From a virus (lineage: Duplodnaviria > Heunggongvirae > Uroviricota > Caudoviricetes): a stretch of DNA of 64,000 nt. Where the stretch lies: positions 18,977-82,976 of the IMG/VR virus record IMGVR_UViG_3300037189_028117. One strand, 5' to 3'. Below are positions 48,202 to 57,706 of the stretch, piece by piece (the first letter of the stretch is position 1; each line of letters starts with the position of its first letter). The notes under the pieces were generated by a model, which saw only the letters and a list, made by a program, of their open reading frames with translations, made no database searches and had not been told where the DNA came from. The translations under genes and the position numbers were made by a program.

Positions 48202-48651
48202 ATGGAAACCGAGAAAGTTAATTATAATGCATTTTTGGAAGAAACTGCAGAAGTTTCGAAAGTCAATCCCAATTTAAAAATTGGAAATCAAAAAAGTATG
48301 TTTAATAAAGAAAAAGAACCAACTCAGAATGATTTTGAGTCGGCAGTTTCTGATTATAAACATAATCATTTAAATATAATGAATAAAGTTAGTGAGCTTG
48401 GTGTTAAGTTTAAAAACTTCATTAATGATAAAACTTTAAAACAAAACAAAAGTCAAGCAAAAATTAACGAAGAAAAGTTAGTAATAAAAGAATTATCTGA
48501 TATTGCTGTATTATTAAATTCAGATCAAAATCAACCAGAAGGTATAGGTTCTGTTGGAATTTCTGTTTTGTTAATGCAATTAATTTTATTACAAAGAGAT
48601 AAAATTAATGAGCTTGAACATATTATAGAAAATAATTTGAAAGGAAGTTGA
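48202..48651 (+). CDS. hypothetical protein
   Basis: ORF. Confidence 0.4.
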   Translation: METEKVNYNAFLEETAEVSKVNPNLKIGNQKSMFNKEKEPTQNDFESAVSDYKHNHLNIMNKVSELGVKFKNFINDKTLKQNKSQAKINEEKLVIKELSDIAVLLNSDQNQPEGIGSVGISVLLMQLILLQRDKINELEHIIENNLKGS

Positions 48652-48848
48652 TGCTCAAAAATAGGACTCATTTTTCAGAAGAAGATATTTTAAAGCTCTT
48701 AACTGACGAGAAAGAGGATTATAATGAGTACATTAGGCTATGTACCAAGTACAAGATACAACCAGATCCAGTAGCGACAGCGAATTTTCTTTCGAAACAA
48801 GAAGTTCTGATGAAGATTTTGGATGGGAAATTGAACCAGATACAGTAA
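48648..48848 (+). CDS. hypothetical small protein (may be N-terminal part of primase-like gene via frameshift)
   Basis: two frames co-open over ~100 nt with next ORF. Confidence 0.3.
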   Translation: MMLKNRTHFSEEDILKLLTDEKEDYNEYIRLCTKYKIQPDPVATANFLSKQEVLMKILDGKLNQIQ

Positions 48849-49414
48849 AAATTACTAACAAAGAAGTTAGTGCTTTAAATCAATCTATTTCAATTTTAGA
48901 TTTTTTAAATTCATTTGGTGTAAAATGTGAAGAATTTTATTCTCCAAGCGGTTGGAGTCATAAAGCTTTATGTCCATTCCCAGATCACAAAGAAAGAACA
49001 CCTTCTTTTCATATAAATCCAGAAGAGAATAGATTTTGGTGTTTTGGTTGCCATAGAGGTGGTGGACCAGTTAATTTCCTTGCGTTTTACAAAAACATAA
49101 ACATTTATGAAGCAGCAGATGAGCTTTTGAAAAATTCAAATTTTGATTTTTCTGACATTATAGTAAATAAATCAATCTCAGAAGAGGTATTATATAACGA
49201 AATACTTCCTTTTTCTGAAAAGATAAATTATATGTTCAAAATATTTAAAGATGAAAAATCTTTTAAATTTATAAATAATATTTGTTATAGTTTGGATATC
49301 TTTCTTGAAAAGAATATATCTAAAAAATCTCTTAATTTAGATGATATAAAAGCTAGAGTTAGCATCTTAATAGAAAAGTTAAATAAATATGAGCAAGACA
49401 TTAATAATAGGTGA
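48740..49414 (+). CDS. DnaG-type primase zinc-binding (CHC2) domain protein
   Basis: 'CPFPDHKERTPSFHINPEENRFWCFGCHRGG'. Confidence 0.6.
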   Translation: MYQVQDTTRSSSDSEFSFETRSSDEDFGWEIEPDTVKITNKEVSALNQSISILDFLNSFGVKCEEFYSPSGWSHKALCPFPDHKERTPSFHINPEENRFWCFGCHRGGGPVNFLAFYKNINIYEAADELLKNSNFDFSDIIVNKSISEEVLYNEILPFSEKINYMFKIFKDEKSFKFINNICYSLDIFLEKNISKKSLNLDDIKARVSILIEKLNKYEQDINNR

Positions 49415-50564
49415 TTTACACTTAGGAAAAGGTATATCTATTGGAAAATCTGGTTCTGGATTAAACTCTAGAATTATAGATCAATTAAATATACTAAATT
49501 GGATTTTAGAAACAGCTATAGAAAAAAATGTTTCCAGATTTATATTTACTGGAGATTTTTTTGAAGAATTAAAACCAGATCATAATTTAGTTGTTCAATT
49601 TATAAATTGGCTCAGATCATGCTCTGATTATAATATAGAAATGCATTTAATTGCCGGAAATCATGATCTAAAAAGAGTTGGCACAAGATATAGCTCATCT
49701 CTTGATATGATAGAATCATCAAATATTCACAATTGTTTTGTTCATAATAATATTTATACAATAAATTGTAATAAAGCTTCTTTCACATTAATTCCATTTA
49801 GAGATAAAAGAAGCTTATTATGTTCTTCTATTGAAGAAGCAATAGATAAGCTAAAGGGTTTGATTTCATATGAAAATTTATTTTCTGAAAAGAAAATAAT
49901 TGTTGGACATTTAGCTATAGAAAAATCCTTTTATACAGATGAAGTAGATGATGTTTCTAATGAATTAATGTTACCCGTTAGCTTTTTTGATGGATGGGAT
50001 TATGTTTGGATGGGTCATGTTCATAGTCCACAAATAATGAATAAATCAAATCCACTAGTAGAACATGTCGGAAGTATGGATTTATCTGATTTTGGAGAGA
50101 CTAAACATAAAAAAATATTAATATTATACGATTCAGAAGTTGATTCGATTGAAAGAATTAATATACCAACAAGACCATTGGTTAGATTAAAATTTGAAAT
50201 AGATAAGGATTTTGATCCAACAGAATTTCTTCTAAATGAAATTGATGCTGCTCAATATGATGGAGGTTTAAAAAACTCTATAGTGAAACTGGAAGTTAAA
50301 ATACTTAATCCTGATGCAAAATCAATAAATAGAGATTTAATTTTAAATAAATTAAAAGAATTTGGAGTATTTCATGTTTCTTCTTTTTCTGAATCAAAAG
50401 CAATAACTGTTGTTCCTACAAACAAACTTCTAGTAACTGATAATGCGATTAACTCTAGAGATGCTGTAAAGCTCATTTCAGAGGTTTTAGAGCATGAGTC
50501 AGAGGAGGACAAGTTAGATTTTATAAACGCTTGTAATTCAATAATTGAAGAGGAAAAAATATGA
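49389..50564 (+). CDS. sbcD: SbcD/Mre11-like nuclease
   Basis: 'LIIGDLHLG', 'TGDFFE', 'IAGNHD', 'GHVH'. Confidence 0.8.
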   Translation: MSKTLIIGDLHLGKGISIGKSGSGLNSRIIDQLNILNWILETAIEKNVSRFIFTGDFFEELKPDHNLVVQFINWLRSCSDYNIEMHLIAGNHDLKRVGTRYSSSLDMIESSNIHNCFVHNNIYTINCNKASFTLIPFRDKRSLLCSSIEEAIDKLKGLISYENLFSEKKIIVGHLAIEKSFYTDEVDDVSNELMLPVSFFDGWDYVWMGHVHSPQIMNKSNPLVEHVGSMDLSDFGETKHKKILILYDSEVDSIERINIPTRPLVRLKFEIDKDFDPTEFLLNEIDAAQYDGGLKNSIVKLEVKILNPDAKSINRDLILNKLKEFGVFHVSSFSESKAITVVPTNKLLVTDNAINSRDAVKLISEVLEHESEEDKLDFINACNSIIEEEKI

Positions 50565-52723
50565 AGTTTGAACCGCTATATTTAGAAATAGAAAATTTTA
50601 TGAATCATTCTTTTAGCAAGATAGATTTTAATGATTTTAATTCTTGTTTAATTGTTGGAAAAGATAATGACAATTCCAGAAAATCAAACGGTGTAGGAAA
50701 ATCTACTATATATCACGCAATAGTGTTTGTTTTATTTAATGAAGTTCCAACAAAAACAATTGATAAAATAGTTAGAGAAGGGCAGAGTAAATGCCGTGTT
50801 TCTTTTGAGTTTTTGGTTGATGACCAGAAATACAAAATAACAAGAAAAAGAAGTAATGCTTCTAATAAAATGGAAGTTTTACTTGATAAATGGAATGGCT
50901 CATGGGTACAAGAAGATAATAGAACCAAATCTGATACAGAAAAAGATATTAAATCATTATTAAAAATAAATTATGAATCTTTTAAAAATTCAGTTTTATT
51001 TTCTCAAGGTGGATTTTCAGATTTATCTGAAGGAACAAATGCTCAAAAAATAAAAGTTTTAAAAGAACCATTAGATCTTTCAATTTATTCTAAATATGAA
51101 AAAAATGCAAAGAAAAAACTCTCATCAATAGAGATGGAGTATAATACAAATAATGAATTAATTAAATCTTTAGGTGATCCTTTAAAAGATATTGAATATT
51201 GCAATGTTTCTTTAAAAGAACTTTCGGATAAATTAAAGATATATAATGAAAATTTTATTCTTTTGAAAGAAAAAATAAATCTAAAAAGAGAAAAAATAAA
51301 CGAATTAAATAAATTATTAAATTCCGATGATGCCAAAAATTCCGAACAAATAATTCAAATATCAAATAATATTAATTCTTTATTAAAAGATTCAAATGAT
51401 TTAAATGATAAAATATCAAAGTTTAATATTAAAATTAAAGATTTAAAAGAAAAAGAAAATACATTTAATTTAAATTTAAAAAACGAAAAAGATAATCTTA
51501 AAAAATTAGAATCAGAAAAATTCCCAACAGAAAATGAATTGAATGAAAAAATAAAAGAATTATCAGAATCAGAAGTTCGTGGACACAAATATATTGCATC
51601 TTTGGAATCTAAAATAGAACATTATAGCAAACCTTTGCCAAAAGGATCTAGTTGTGAACATTGTTTTAATGAGTTGGATGATAATTATAGAGAAAAGATA
51701 TCAAAGACTCATCAAGAAAAACTAGCAGATGTAAAAATAGAACTTCAAAAATCAAAAATTAAGTTAGAAAACTTAATTGAAAAAAAGGAATTTTATTTAA
51801 ATAAAATAAAAGAATTGGCAAAAAATCAATTTGCAATTAAAACGAGCAAATCTTCAATTGCAAATATTGAATTGAATATAAAAAATAATAACGATCTAAT
51901 TATAGATATAGAAAAATCTATAAAAGAATCAAATGATAATAATTTAATAATTTTAAAGAAAGTTGATGATCTTAAGGAAAAAGAATCTTTCTTAAAAGAA
52001 AAAATATCGTCATTTGATTCAAAATCAATTAATGATGATATTATTCTCTTAAATAAAGAAATCGAAAAATCGACACAAGAAGAATCTTCTTTATTTAAAG
52101 AAATAAATTTAACAAATTCTCTTATAGGTCAAAACCAATCTAAATTAGATATGAGGTCTAAAGACTTAGAGAAACTTAATGAAATTTTAAATAAAAATGA
52201 ATCTGTAAGAAGAAATCTTAATATTTACAATAAGGTTGTAAAAGCATTCTCTTCTTCAGGAATACCTACATTGATAATTCATACCATTTTAGATGATCTT
52301 CAATTTGAGGCAAATAATATTCTTCAAGAAATTAGACCAGAGTTAGAAATACAATTTCTAATTCAAAAAGATGACAAAGAAATTCTTGATATTGTTTATA
52401 AGCTTAACGGGAAAGAAAGAGACTATAAACAATTATCTGGAGGACAAAGGACTTATATATCTTTCGCTTTAAAATTGGGATTATCCGTTATAATACAAAA
52501 GAGAATGGGAATAAATTATAAATTTCTTGCCTTAGATGAAGTTGATCAAGCTTTGGATGAAGATGGAAAAGATTCTTACGTTGAAATAATTAAGAAATTT
52601 CAAGATAAATATAAAATATTGGTAATTACACATGACGCAAGATTGCAAAGTAAGTTTCCATATATATTAAGTGTAGATAACGATAAGGATAATGGAGCAA
52701 CAATAAACGTAATAAAGGATTAA
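50561..52723 (+). CDS. sbcC: SbcC/Rad50-like ATPase
   Basis: Walker A 'NGVGKSTI', long coiled coil with central 'CEHC' zinc hook, signature 'LSGGQRTYISFAL', Walker B 'LALDEVDQALD'. Confidence 0.85.
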   Translation: MKFEPLYLEIENFMNHSFSKIDFNDFNSCLIVGKDNDNSRKSNGVGKSTIYHAIVFVLFNEVPTKTIDKIVREGQSKCRVSFEFLVDDQKYKITRKRSNASNKMEVLLDKWNGSWVQEDNRTKSDTEKDIKSLLKINYESFKNSVLFSQGGFSDLSEGTNAQKIKVLKEPLDLSIYSKYEKNAKKKLSSIEMEYNTNNELIKSLGDPLKDIEYCNVSLKELSDKLKIYNENFILLKEKINLKREKINELNKLLNSDDAKNSEQIIQISNNINSLLKDSNDLNDKISKFNIKIKDLKEKENTFNLNLKNEKDNLKKLESEKFPTENELNEKIKELSESEVRGHKYIASLESKIEHYSKPLPKGSSCEHCFNELDDNYREKISKTHQEKLADVKIELQKSKIKLENLIEKKEFYLNKIKELAKNQFAIKTSKSSIANIELNIKNNNDLIIDIEKSIKESNDNNLIILKKVDDLKEKESFLKEKISSFDSKSINDDIILLNKEIEKSTQEESSLFKEINLTNSLIGQNQSKLDMRSKDLEKLNEILNKNESVRRNLNIYNKVVKAFSSSGIPTLIIHTILDDLQFEANNILQEIRPELEIQFLIQKDDKEILDIVYKLNGKERDYKQLSGGQRTYISFALKLGLSVIIQKRMGINYKFLALDEVDQALDEDGKDSYVEIIKKFQDKYKILVITHDARLQSKFPYILSVDNDKDNGATINVIKD

Positions 52724-52724
52724 A

Positions 52725-53234
52725 ATGACAAAAGAACAAAATACAAATAATCAAATTTACAATAGTCCTACTGGTGATAGTTGGGATAAGGCAGCAGAAG
52801 ATTATTGGAATCTTATAAGCACTACCTCTACTGTTATAAATACTACCTCTACTTTATCAAACACAAATTCTACTGCGCCAATATGGGTCTATCCACCACA
52901 AACTCCAACCTATGTACCTATGAGTATAGGTACATCAGCAACTTCTGCTTATGTTCACCAAGCTCAATCTAAAATAAATTTAAATAATTGCTTCTTATTA
53001 AGAAAAGTTGGTGCTGGAAAATGGAAATGTTTTCAAGCTATACATTATACTGGTTATGATGTTCATTTTTTAGATGATGGAAAGATTAGCGTTTCTGGTC
53101 TTAATAAAAAAAATATAGTAGTCAATAAAGAAACAATTAATAAAGCAAAAGAAAAAGGAATAGAAATAATAGATTCTTGGCCTGAAGAATTATTGACTGA
53201 GGATGAAGAAAATATTAAGGATATTATAGAATAA
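52725..53234 (+). CDS. hypothetical Thr/Ser-rich protein
   Basis: ORF. Confidence 0.4.
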   Translation: MTKEQNTNNQIYNSPTGDSWDKAAEDYWNLISTTSTVINTTSTLSNTNSTAPIWVYPPQTPTYVPMSIGTSATSAYVHQAQSKINLNNCFLLRKVGAGKWKCFQAIHYTGYDVHFLDDGKISVSGLNKKNIVVNKETINKAKEKGIEIIDSWPEELLTEDEENIKDIIE

Positions 53235-53254
53235 TAATAATTTCGTATATTTGC

Positions 53255-53551
53255 ATGGTATCTAAGGACATAATTGATAGTTATGTAAAAAATTTTAAAA
53301 AAAAAGGAGAGTTTCTTTTTTTTGAATATATTTTTAAATTAGGTATATCAAATATACAGAAAATACCAAATATTGATACAGAATTCTTAGATATTGCAGA
53401 ATATTTTTTTTCTCTTTACAGAACTACTGGAAATAATAACTATTTTTTAATAGGTAGATGCTTTAGAAGGGCAGCTCATAGATTAAATAGATTTCTAATA
53501 AAAAACCATAAAAAAGAAAAAAATCTGCGCTTTTTAAGGCTTATTAAGTGA
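53255..53551 (+). CDS. hypothetical protein
   Basis: ORF. Confidence 0.35.
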   Translation: MVSKDIIDSYVKNFKKKGEFLFFEYIFKLGISNIQKIPNIDTEFLDIAEYFFSLYRTTGNNNYFLIGRCFRRAAHRLNRFLIKNHKKEKNLRFLRLIK

Positions 53552-53552
53552 C

Positions 53553-54527
53553 ATGCCTGTTTTAACAATTACTATTTCGGAAGATCCAATTCAAATCATA
53601 TCAGGAATACCAAGAAGTATATCTGTTGAAACAAATTTACCTTCAACCGTTTTCTACACTTTAGATGGTTCAGATCCAACTGTTGATTCAGATATATTAA
53701 TTGGATCATTAACTTTACCAACAAATTATCCATCAATTTTATTAAAATTGTTTGCTACAAATGGCGTTGATGATTCTGGAATAATTGAAATAGAATATAA
53801 AACCTCTTGGATAGGTGATAAAAGGCCAAGAGATAAAGTTATATCTGATGATAGCGGTTGTTCCAGTGGTTGCGTTGAACCATTCACTTCCTCCTACACA
53901 GGTCCAACAGCACAATATGGAAACATGGCCGGTGTTGTTGTGGACTCGGCCGGAACCGAAGGTATACCTAACGGTTACAGGGATGGATATGTAGTATCGG
54001 AAACTGATAAGCCATATCATAGATGGAATTATGATATAGTTTATGATACAACAAACTCTATAGGTTTAAGCGGTCCTTTTATTGGTAACTTGCCAGCGAA
54101 AGTTACTTATTATAAACCTCCAACTTATAATAAATCAAATAAAGTTAATAGTTTATTATTTAATCCAAAAGCAATGGTTATCGTGCAAGATGGTAGACAA
54201 GAAAATGAAGATCCAAATGTAACTTTTTTAAATAGAAATTATTTCTCACTAAAGCCTTCGAGAGATGATTTTAGTGACTATACAACACCAGCGAACGACG
54301 GAAATCCATTAAAGGGTTCTTTTATTAAATCTTTTTATAATCAAAAAGAAAACACTTATACATTTTATTATAGAGATTTTGCAACGGATAGATGGATAAT
54401 ATCAATTGAACCTGCCTCAAAAATAAAAACAAATCCAAAACCTGTTTTGAAAGATTTTATTGCCCCAGTTTCTTTTGCTAATAAAAAAGTTTTCCAATGG
54501 GTTCCATTTCATAGAAGATACATTTAA
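53553..54527 (+). CDS. hypothetical beta-rich protein (324 aa)
   Basis: ORF; contains GC3-rich patch 53853-53985. Confidence 0.45.
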   Translation: MPVLTITISEDPIQIISGIPRSISVETNLPSTVFYTLDGSDPTVDSDILIGSLTLPTNYPSILLKLFATNGVDDSGIIEIEYKTSWIGDKRPRDKVISDDSGCSSGCVEPFTSSYTGPTAQYGNMAGVVVDSAGTEGIPNGYRDGYVVSETDKPYHRWNYDIVYDTTNSIGLSGPFIGNLPAKVTYYKPPTYNKSNKVNSLLFNPKAMVIVQDGRQENEDPNVTFLNRNYFSLKPSRDDFSDYTTPANDGNPLKGSFIKSFYNQKENTYTFYYRDFATDRWIISIEPASKIKTNPKPVLKDFIAPVSFANKKVFQWVPFHRRYI

Positions 54528-54566
54528 TTCTCTATTTAGAATAGAGTTGTTATAGAGAAAGATATA

Positions 54567-55472
54567 ATGTCAGTTTTAAAAGGAAAGTTTTTGAAAGTTT
54601 TGCCAGAGAATTATTCTCAACATTTTAAACTTTCTGTATCTAAAATTAAAACATTTGAGTCATGTAAGGCTAAGTTTTATTTTTCATATATAAAATATAT
54701 TCAAAAGAAAGAATGGGAATTCCAAATATTTGGATCATTTTTACATGAAGTTTTAGAAAGATTTGAGGAGTTCATAAAAAACGGTGATTCTTCTGAAGAA
54801 AATGTAATTATGAAAAAAGCTTTCAATAATGCTTGGAAAGCTGTACCGTTTAAAAACGGTGAAAAGTTTACAAAATGGTCAGAAAAAGTTTCCGTAGAAC
54901 AGAAGAAAGAATGTTTAACTATATTAAACAGCTACCTATCTTTAAGAAAATCTTTGAAAGAAAATGGTAATGTATCTAAAACACTGGATACAGAAAAGAA
55001 GTTTAATATTTTATTGCAAGAAAATTTATTAATAAATGGTTTTATAGATTTGTTACAAGAAGATAGTGATGGTATTTTACATGTAATTGATTATAAATCA
55101 AGTTCACATACAAAATATTTAAAGAAAGATAAGTTTCAATTACAAACATATGCTTATGCTCTTTTTCTTGAAAACCCAGAATTACAAAAAATAAGAGGTT
55201 CTTATGTTATGTTAAAACATAATTTTGAAAAAATAACATTTGAATTTACAAGAGATCAAATTATGAAATGTGAGAAAGAATTCATAAAATATTATGAACA
55301 AATGCAAGAAGAAAAGCTTTATAGACCTGAACCTGGACCCCTTTGCAAATATTGTGACGCTTTAGATTTATGTGAAGAAGGGCAAAAAAGAGTTGAGGAA
55401 GACAAGCAACGAGAAGAGAAAAAAAAGGATTACTCAATACAAAACATTGTAGTTGGTGAAAGGGAATGGTAA
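54567..55472 (+). CDS. PD-(D/E)XK nuclease with 4-Cys cluster (Cas4/AddB-like)
   Basis: 'GFIDLL', 'ILHVIDYKSS' (D...E/D-x-K), Cys at 'ESCKAKFYF' and 'CKYCDALDLCEE'. Confidence 0.65.
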   Translation: MSVLKGKFLKVLPENYSQHFKLSVSKIKTFESCKAKFYFSYIKYIQKKEWEFQIFGSFLHEVLERFEEFIKNGDSSEENVIMKKAFNNAWKAVPFKNGEKFTKWSEKVSVEQKKECLTILNSYLSLRKSLKENGNVSKTLDTEKKFNILLQENLLINGFIDLLQEDSDGILHVIDYKSSSHTKYLKKDKFQLQTYAYALFLENPELQKIRGSYVMLKHNFEKITFEFTRDQIMKCEKEFIKYYEQMQEEKLYRPEPGPLCKYCDALDLCEEGQKRVEEDKQREEKKKDYSIQNIVVGEREW

Positions 55473-55473
55473 A

Positions 55474-56670
55474 ATGATTTCAGTACAAGATATAGAATAT
55501 TGCAAAGTTAAAGTTAATTACAAGGCTGATTTAGAAAAGATCAATTCAGTAAAAAATGATATTATTAAAAATTTTAGAAACATGAAAGTGCCAGGATTTA
55601 GAACTGGCAAAGCATCTGATCAAGCGGTTTTTTATCATTACAAATCGGAAATAAATAACGCTGTCAAAAATGAATTGATAAGTCAATCAAATGACGATAT
55701 TTTATTTGAAACTAAAATAAGACCAATAGGGCAACCACAAATCAAAAGTGTATTTTTTGATGGTAAAATATTCGAGTGTGAAATTGTCTATTCAAAAAAA
55801 CCAGATTTTGAATTAAAACAATATAAAGAACTTGAGGTTGTAGATCCACATATGGATTCTTCTGTAGAAGAAATTACAGAAAGCACAATTCAAGAATTAA
55901 GAAACCAATTTTCAGAAGTTAGAGCTTATGCCGATGAAGACTTTATACAAGATGGAGATAAAGTGACCTTATCATATAAGTTTGAGGATGGTACAGAAGA
56001 AGAAGGTACTTTATATACTGTTGGATCAAACGGGTTTCCTGGTTTCGACCAAAATATATATGGCATGTCTCCCGGAGACGAAAGAGATTTTCAAATTGAA
56101 TTAAATGGTAAAGTCCAAAAATGCCATGTTCAATTTCATATGGGTATGAAAAAATCTCCAGCTGAGCTAAATGATTCTTTGGCAATAAAAGTTGGTCTAC
56201 AAAATATAGATGAACTTTATGTTAATGTAAAGGCAATGTCTGAGCAACAATTTAAAGCACAAAAAGATGCAAAGATTGCAGATCAAATTATTAAAATCTT
56301 ATGTGATTCACATGAAATTGTATCTCCAGAATGGATTGTTGAGCTAGAAGCGCAACAATTAACATTAAAAGAAGGTCAAAAGTTTAGCGAACTTGATGAT
56401 AATGTAAAAAAACATTATTTAGAAAAAGCTGAAAAAAATGTTAAATTGGCATTTATTTTAGATTCTATTCAAATGGAAGAACCAGAATCTAAAATTTCAG
56501 AAAACGAAGCTCTTCAATTAATTCACCAAAACCTAACCCAAAGAGGTATTAAAGCGCAAGAATGGATGGAGAACGCTGCAAAAAATGGAATGTTGCAAGG
56601 TGTTCTAACAAAATTCAGAAATGATTTTACCATTCAATGGTTGGTGGATAATTGTAAAAAGATTTCCTAA
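55474..56670 (+). CDS. tig: trigger factor-like chaperone
   Basis: N-domain 'MKVPGFRTGKASDQAV' (TF 'GFRKGKVP'), PPIase-like 'FPGFDQNIYGMSPGDERDF' (TF 'IPGFEDGIKGHKAGEEF'); start taken at 'MISVQD'. Confidence 0.7.
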   Translation: MISVQDIEYCKVKVNYKADLEKINSVKNDIIKNFRNMKVPGFRTGKASDQAVFYHYKSEINNAVKNELISQSNDDILFETKIRPIGQPQIKSVFFDGKIFECEIVYSKKPDFELKQYKELEVVDPHMDSSVEEITESTIQELRNQFSEVRAYADEDFIQDGDKVTLSYKFEDGTEEEGTLYTVGSNGFPGFDQNIYGMSPGDERDFQIELNGKVQKCHVQFHMGMKKSPAELNDSLAIKVGLQNIDELYVNVKAMSEQQFKAQKDAKIADQIIKILCDSHEIVSPEWIVELEAQQLTLKEGQKFSELDDNVKKHYLEKAEKNVKLAFILDSIQMEEPESKISENEALQLIHQNLTQRGIKAQEWMENAAKNGMLQGVLTKFRNDFTIQWLVDNCKKIS

Positions 56671-56692
56671 TGGAAAAGAAAGGTAATTAGAA

Positions 56693-56998
56693 ATGAGAAA
56701 GCAAAAAAATGATAGTGGTGACTCTAAATTAGATGGCATCCCTAAGAAAATACAAAAAATTCTAGCAGATGATTTAGAATGGCTAGAAAAAGCACAACAG
56801 TTTAGCAAACAAGATATTGATAAAGAAATTGTAATTTGTAACGAAGTTATAGTTGATTTAGCAAAGGATATGGATGCTGATCAACATTTAAATGAAATAA
56901 AAGAACAAAAGAAAGAAGCCGAAGCTGTTTATAAGTCTGGTTTAAAGATTAATAACGCTAGAGTTGCTTACTTAGTTGCTCTAAAAAGATCAATGTAA
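56693..56998 (+). CDS. hypothetical protein
   Basis: ORF. Confidence 0.4.
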   Translation: MRKQKNDSGDSKLDGIPKKIQKILADDLEWLEKAQQFSKQDIDKEIVICNEVIVDLAKDMDADQHLNEIKEQKKEAEAVYKSGLKINNARVAYLVALKRSM

Positions 56999-57002
56999 AT
57001 TA

Positions 57003-57030
57003 ATGGCGGGAGGAAACTCCCGCCATTTTT
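57003..57030 (+). terminator. intrinsic terminator with GAAA tetraloop
   Basis: 'atggcgggag-gaaa-ctcccgccat' + 'ttttt'. Confidence 0.75.
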
Positions 57031-57040
57031 AAATAAACGC

Positions 57041-57385
57041 ATGAAAAACATACCATGTAGAATAAAAACACATTCATCAAATAAGAGTGAAAACTTCTTT
57101 GATTTTTATTCTTTTGTTTATGATATTTCTTTTGTCAGAGAAAACATTGATAAAATGAAACCTTATGATTGGTATATGATAAGTCACACTCACGAGTTAG
57201 ATATGGATTTCATTCAAACTTATGAAGACAAACTAGTTCTTGATGCTTTGTGTAGATTTCAAAATTTAAGCGAAGAATTTATAAGAAAAAATATATCATT
57301 AATAAATATTAATGATCTTAAAGTAAATAAGAATATTGATGAAAAAATAATTGAAGAAATTAAATTATTAAAAGATATTATATAG
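57041..57385 (+). CDS. 23-aa-repeat family protein (1 repeat, divergent N-term)
   Basis: 'CRFQNLSEEFIRKNISLININDLKVNKNIDEKIIEEIKLLKDII'. Confidence 0.6.
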   Translation: MKNIPCRIKTHSSNKSENFFDFYSFVYDISFVRENIDKMKPYDWYMISHTHELDMDFIQTYEDKLVLDALCRFQNLSEEFIRKNISLININDLKVNKNIDEKIIEEIKLLKDII

Positions 57386-57408
57386 CATTAATTATAAGAT
57401 ATTAAAAT

Positions 57409-57690
57409 ATGGTACAAAGAAAAACTGTAAAATCTTGCTGTGGTAAAGCTTCCGTCACTTTAGTTCTAACTAAACCTGCTAGAATAAGTCATGTTGAGTT
57501 ATTTAAACAAAATGGATTTCAAATTCCAGATGTTTATGTTAAAGCGGGAATTCTTTATGCAAAAAAAAATGGCTTGATTGCAACAGCCACTTTTGGTATA
57601 TGTACCGTCAACGTCCGCTGCTCAGGACCCAACTGTGATTCTTTAATTAATGAATTAGAAAAAGTATTTTCAATTATAGAAAACGAATAA
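57409..57690 (+). CDS. hypothetical protein
   Basis: ORF with GC-rich patch 57578-57645. Confidence 0.4.
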   Translation: MVQRKTVKSCCGKASVTLVLTKPARISHVELFKQNGFQIPDVYVKAGILYAKKNGLIATATFGICTVNVRCSGPNCDSLINELEKVFSIIENE

Positions 57691-57706
57691 TTTTAGAAAG
57701 AAAAAT

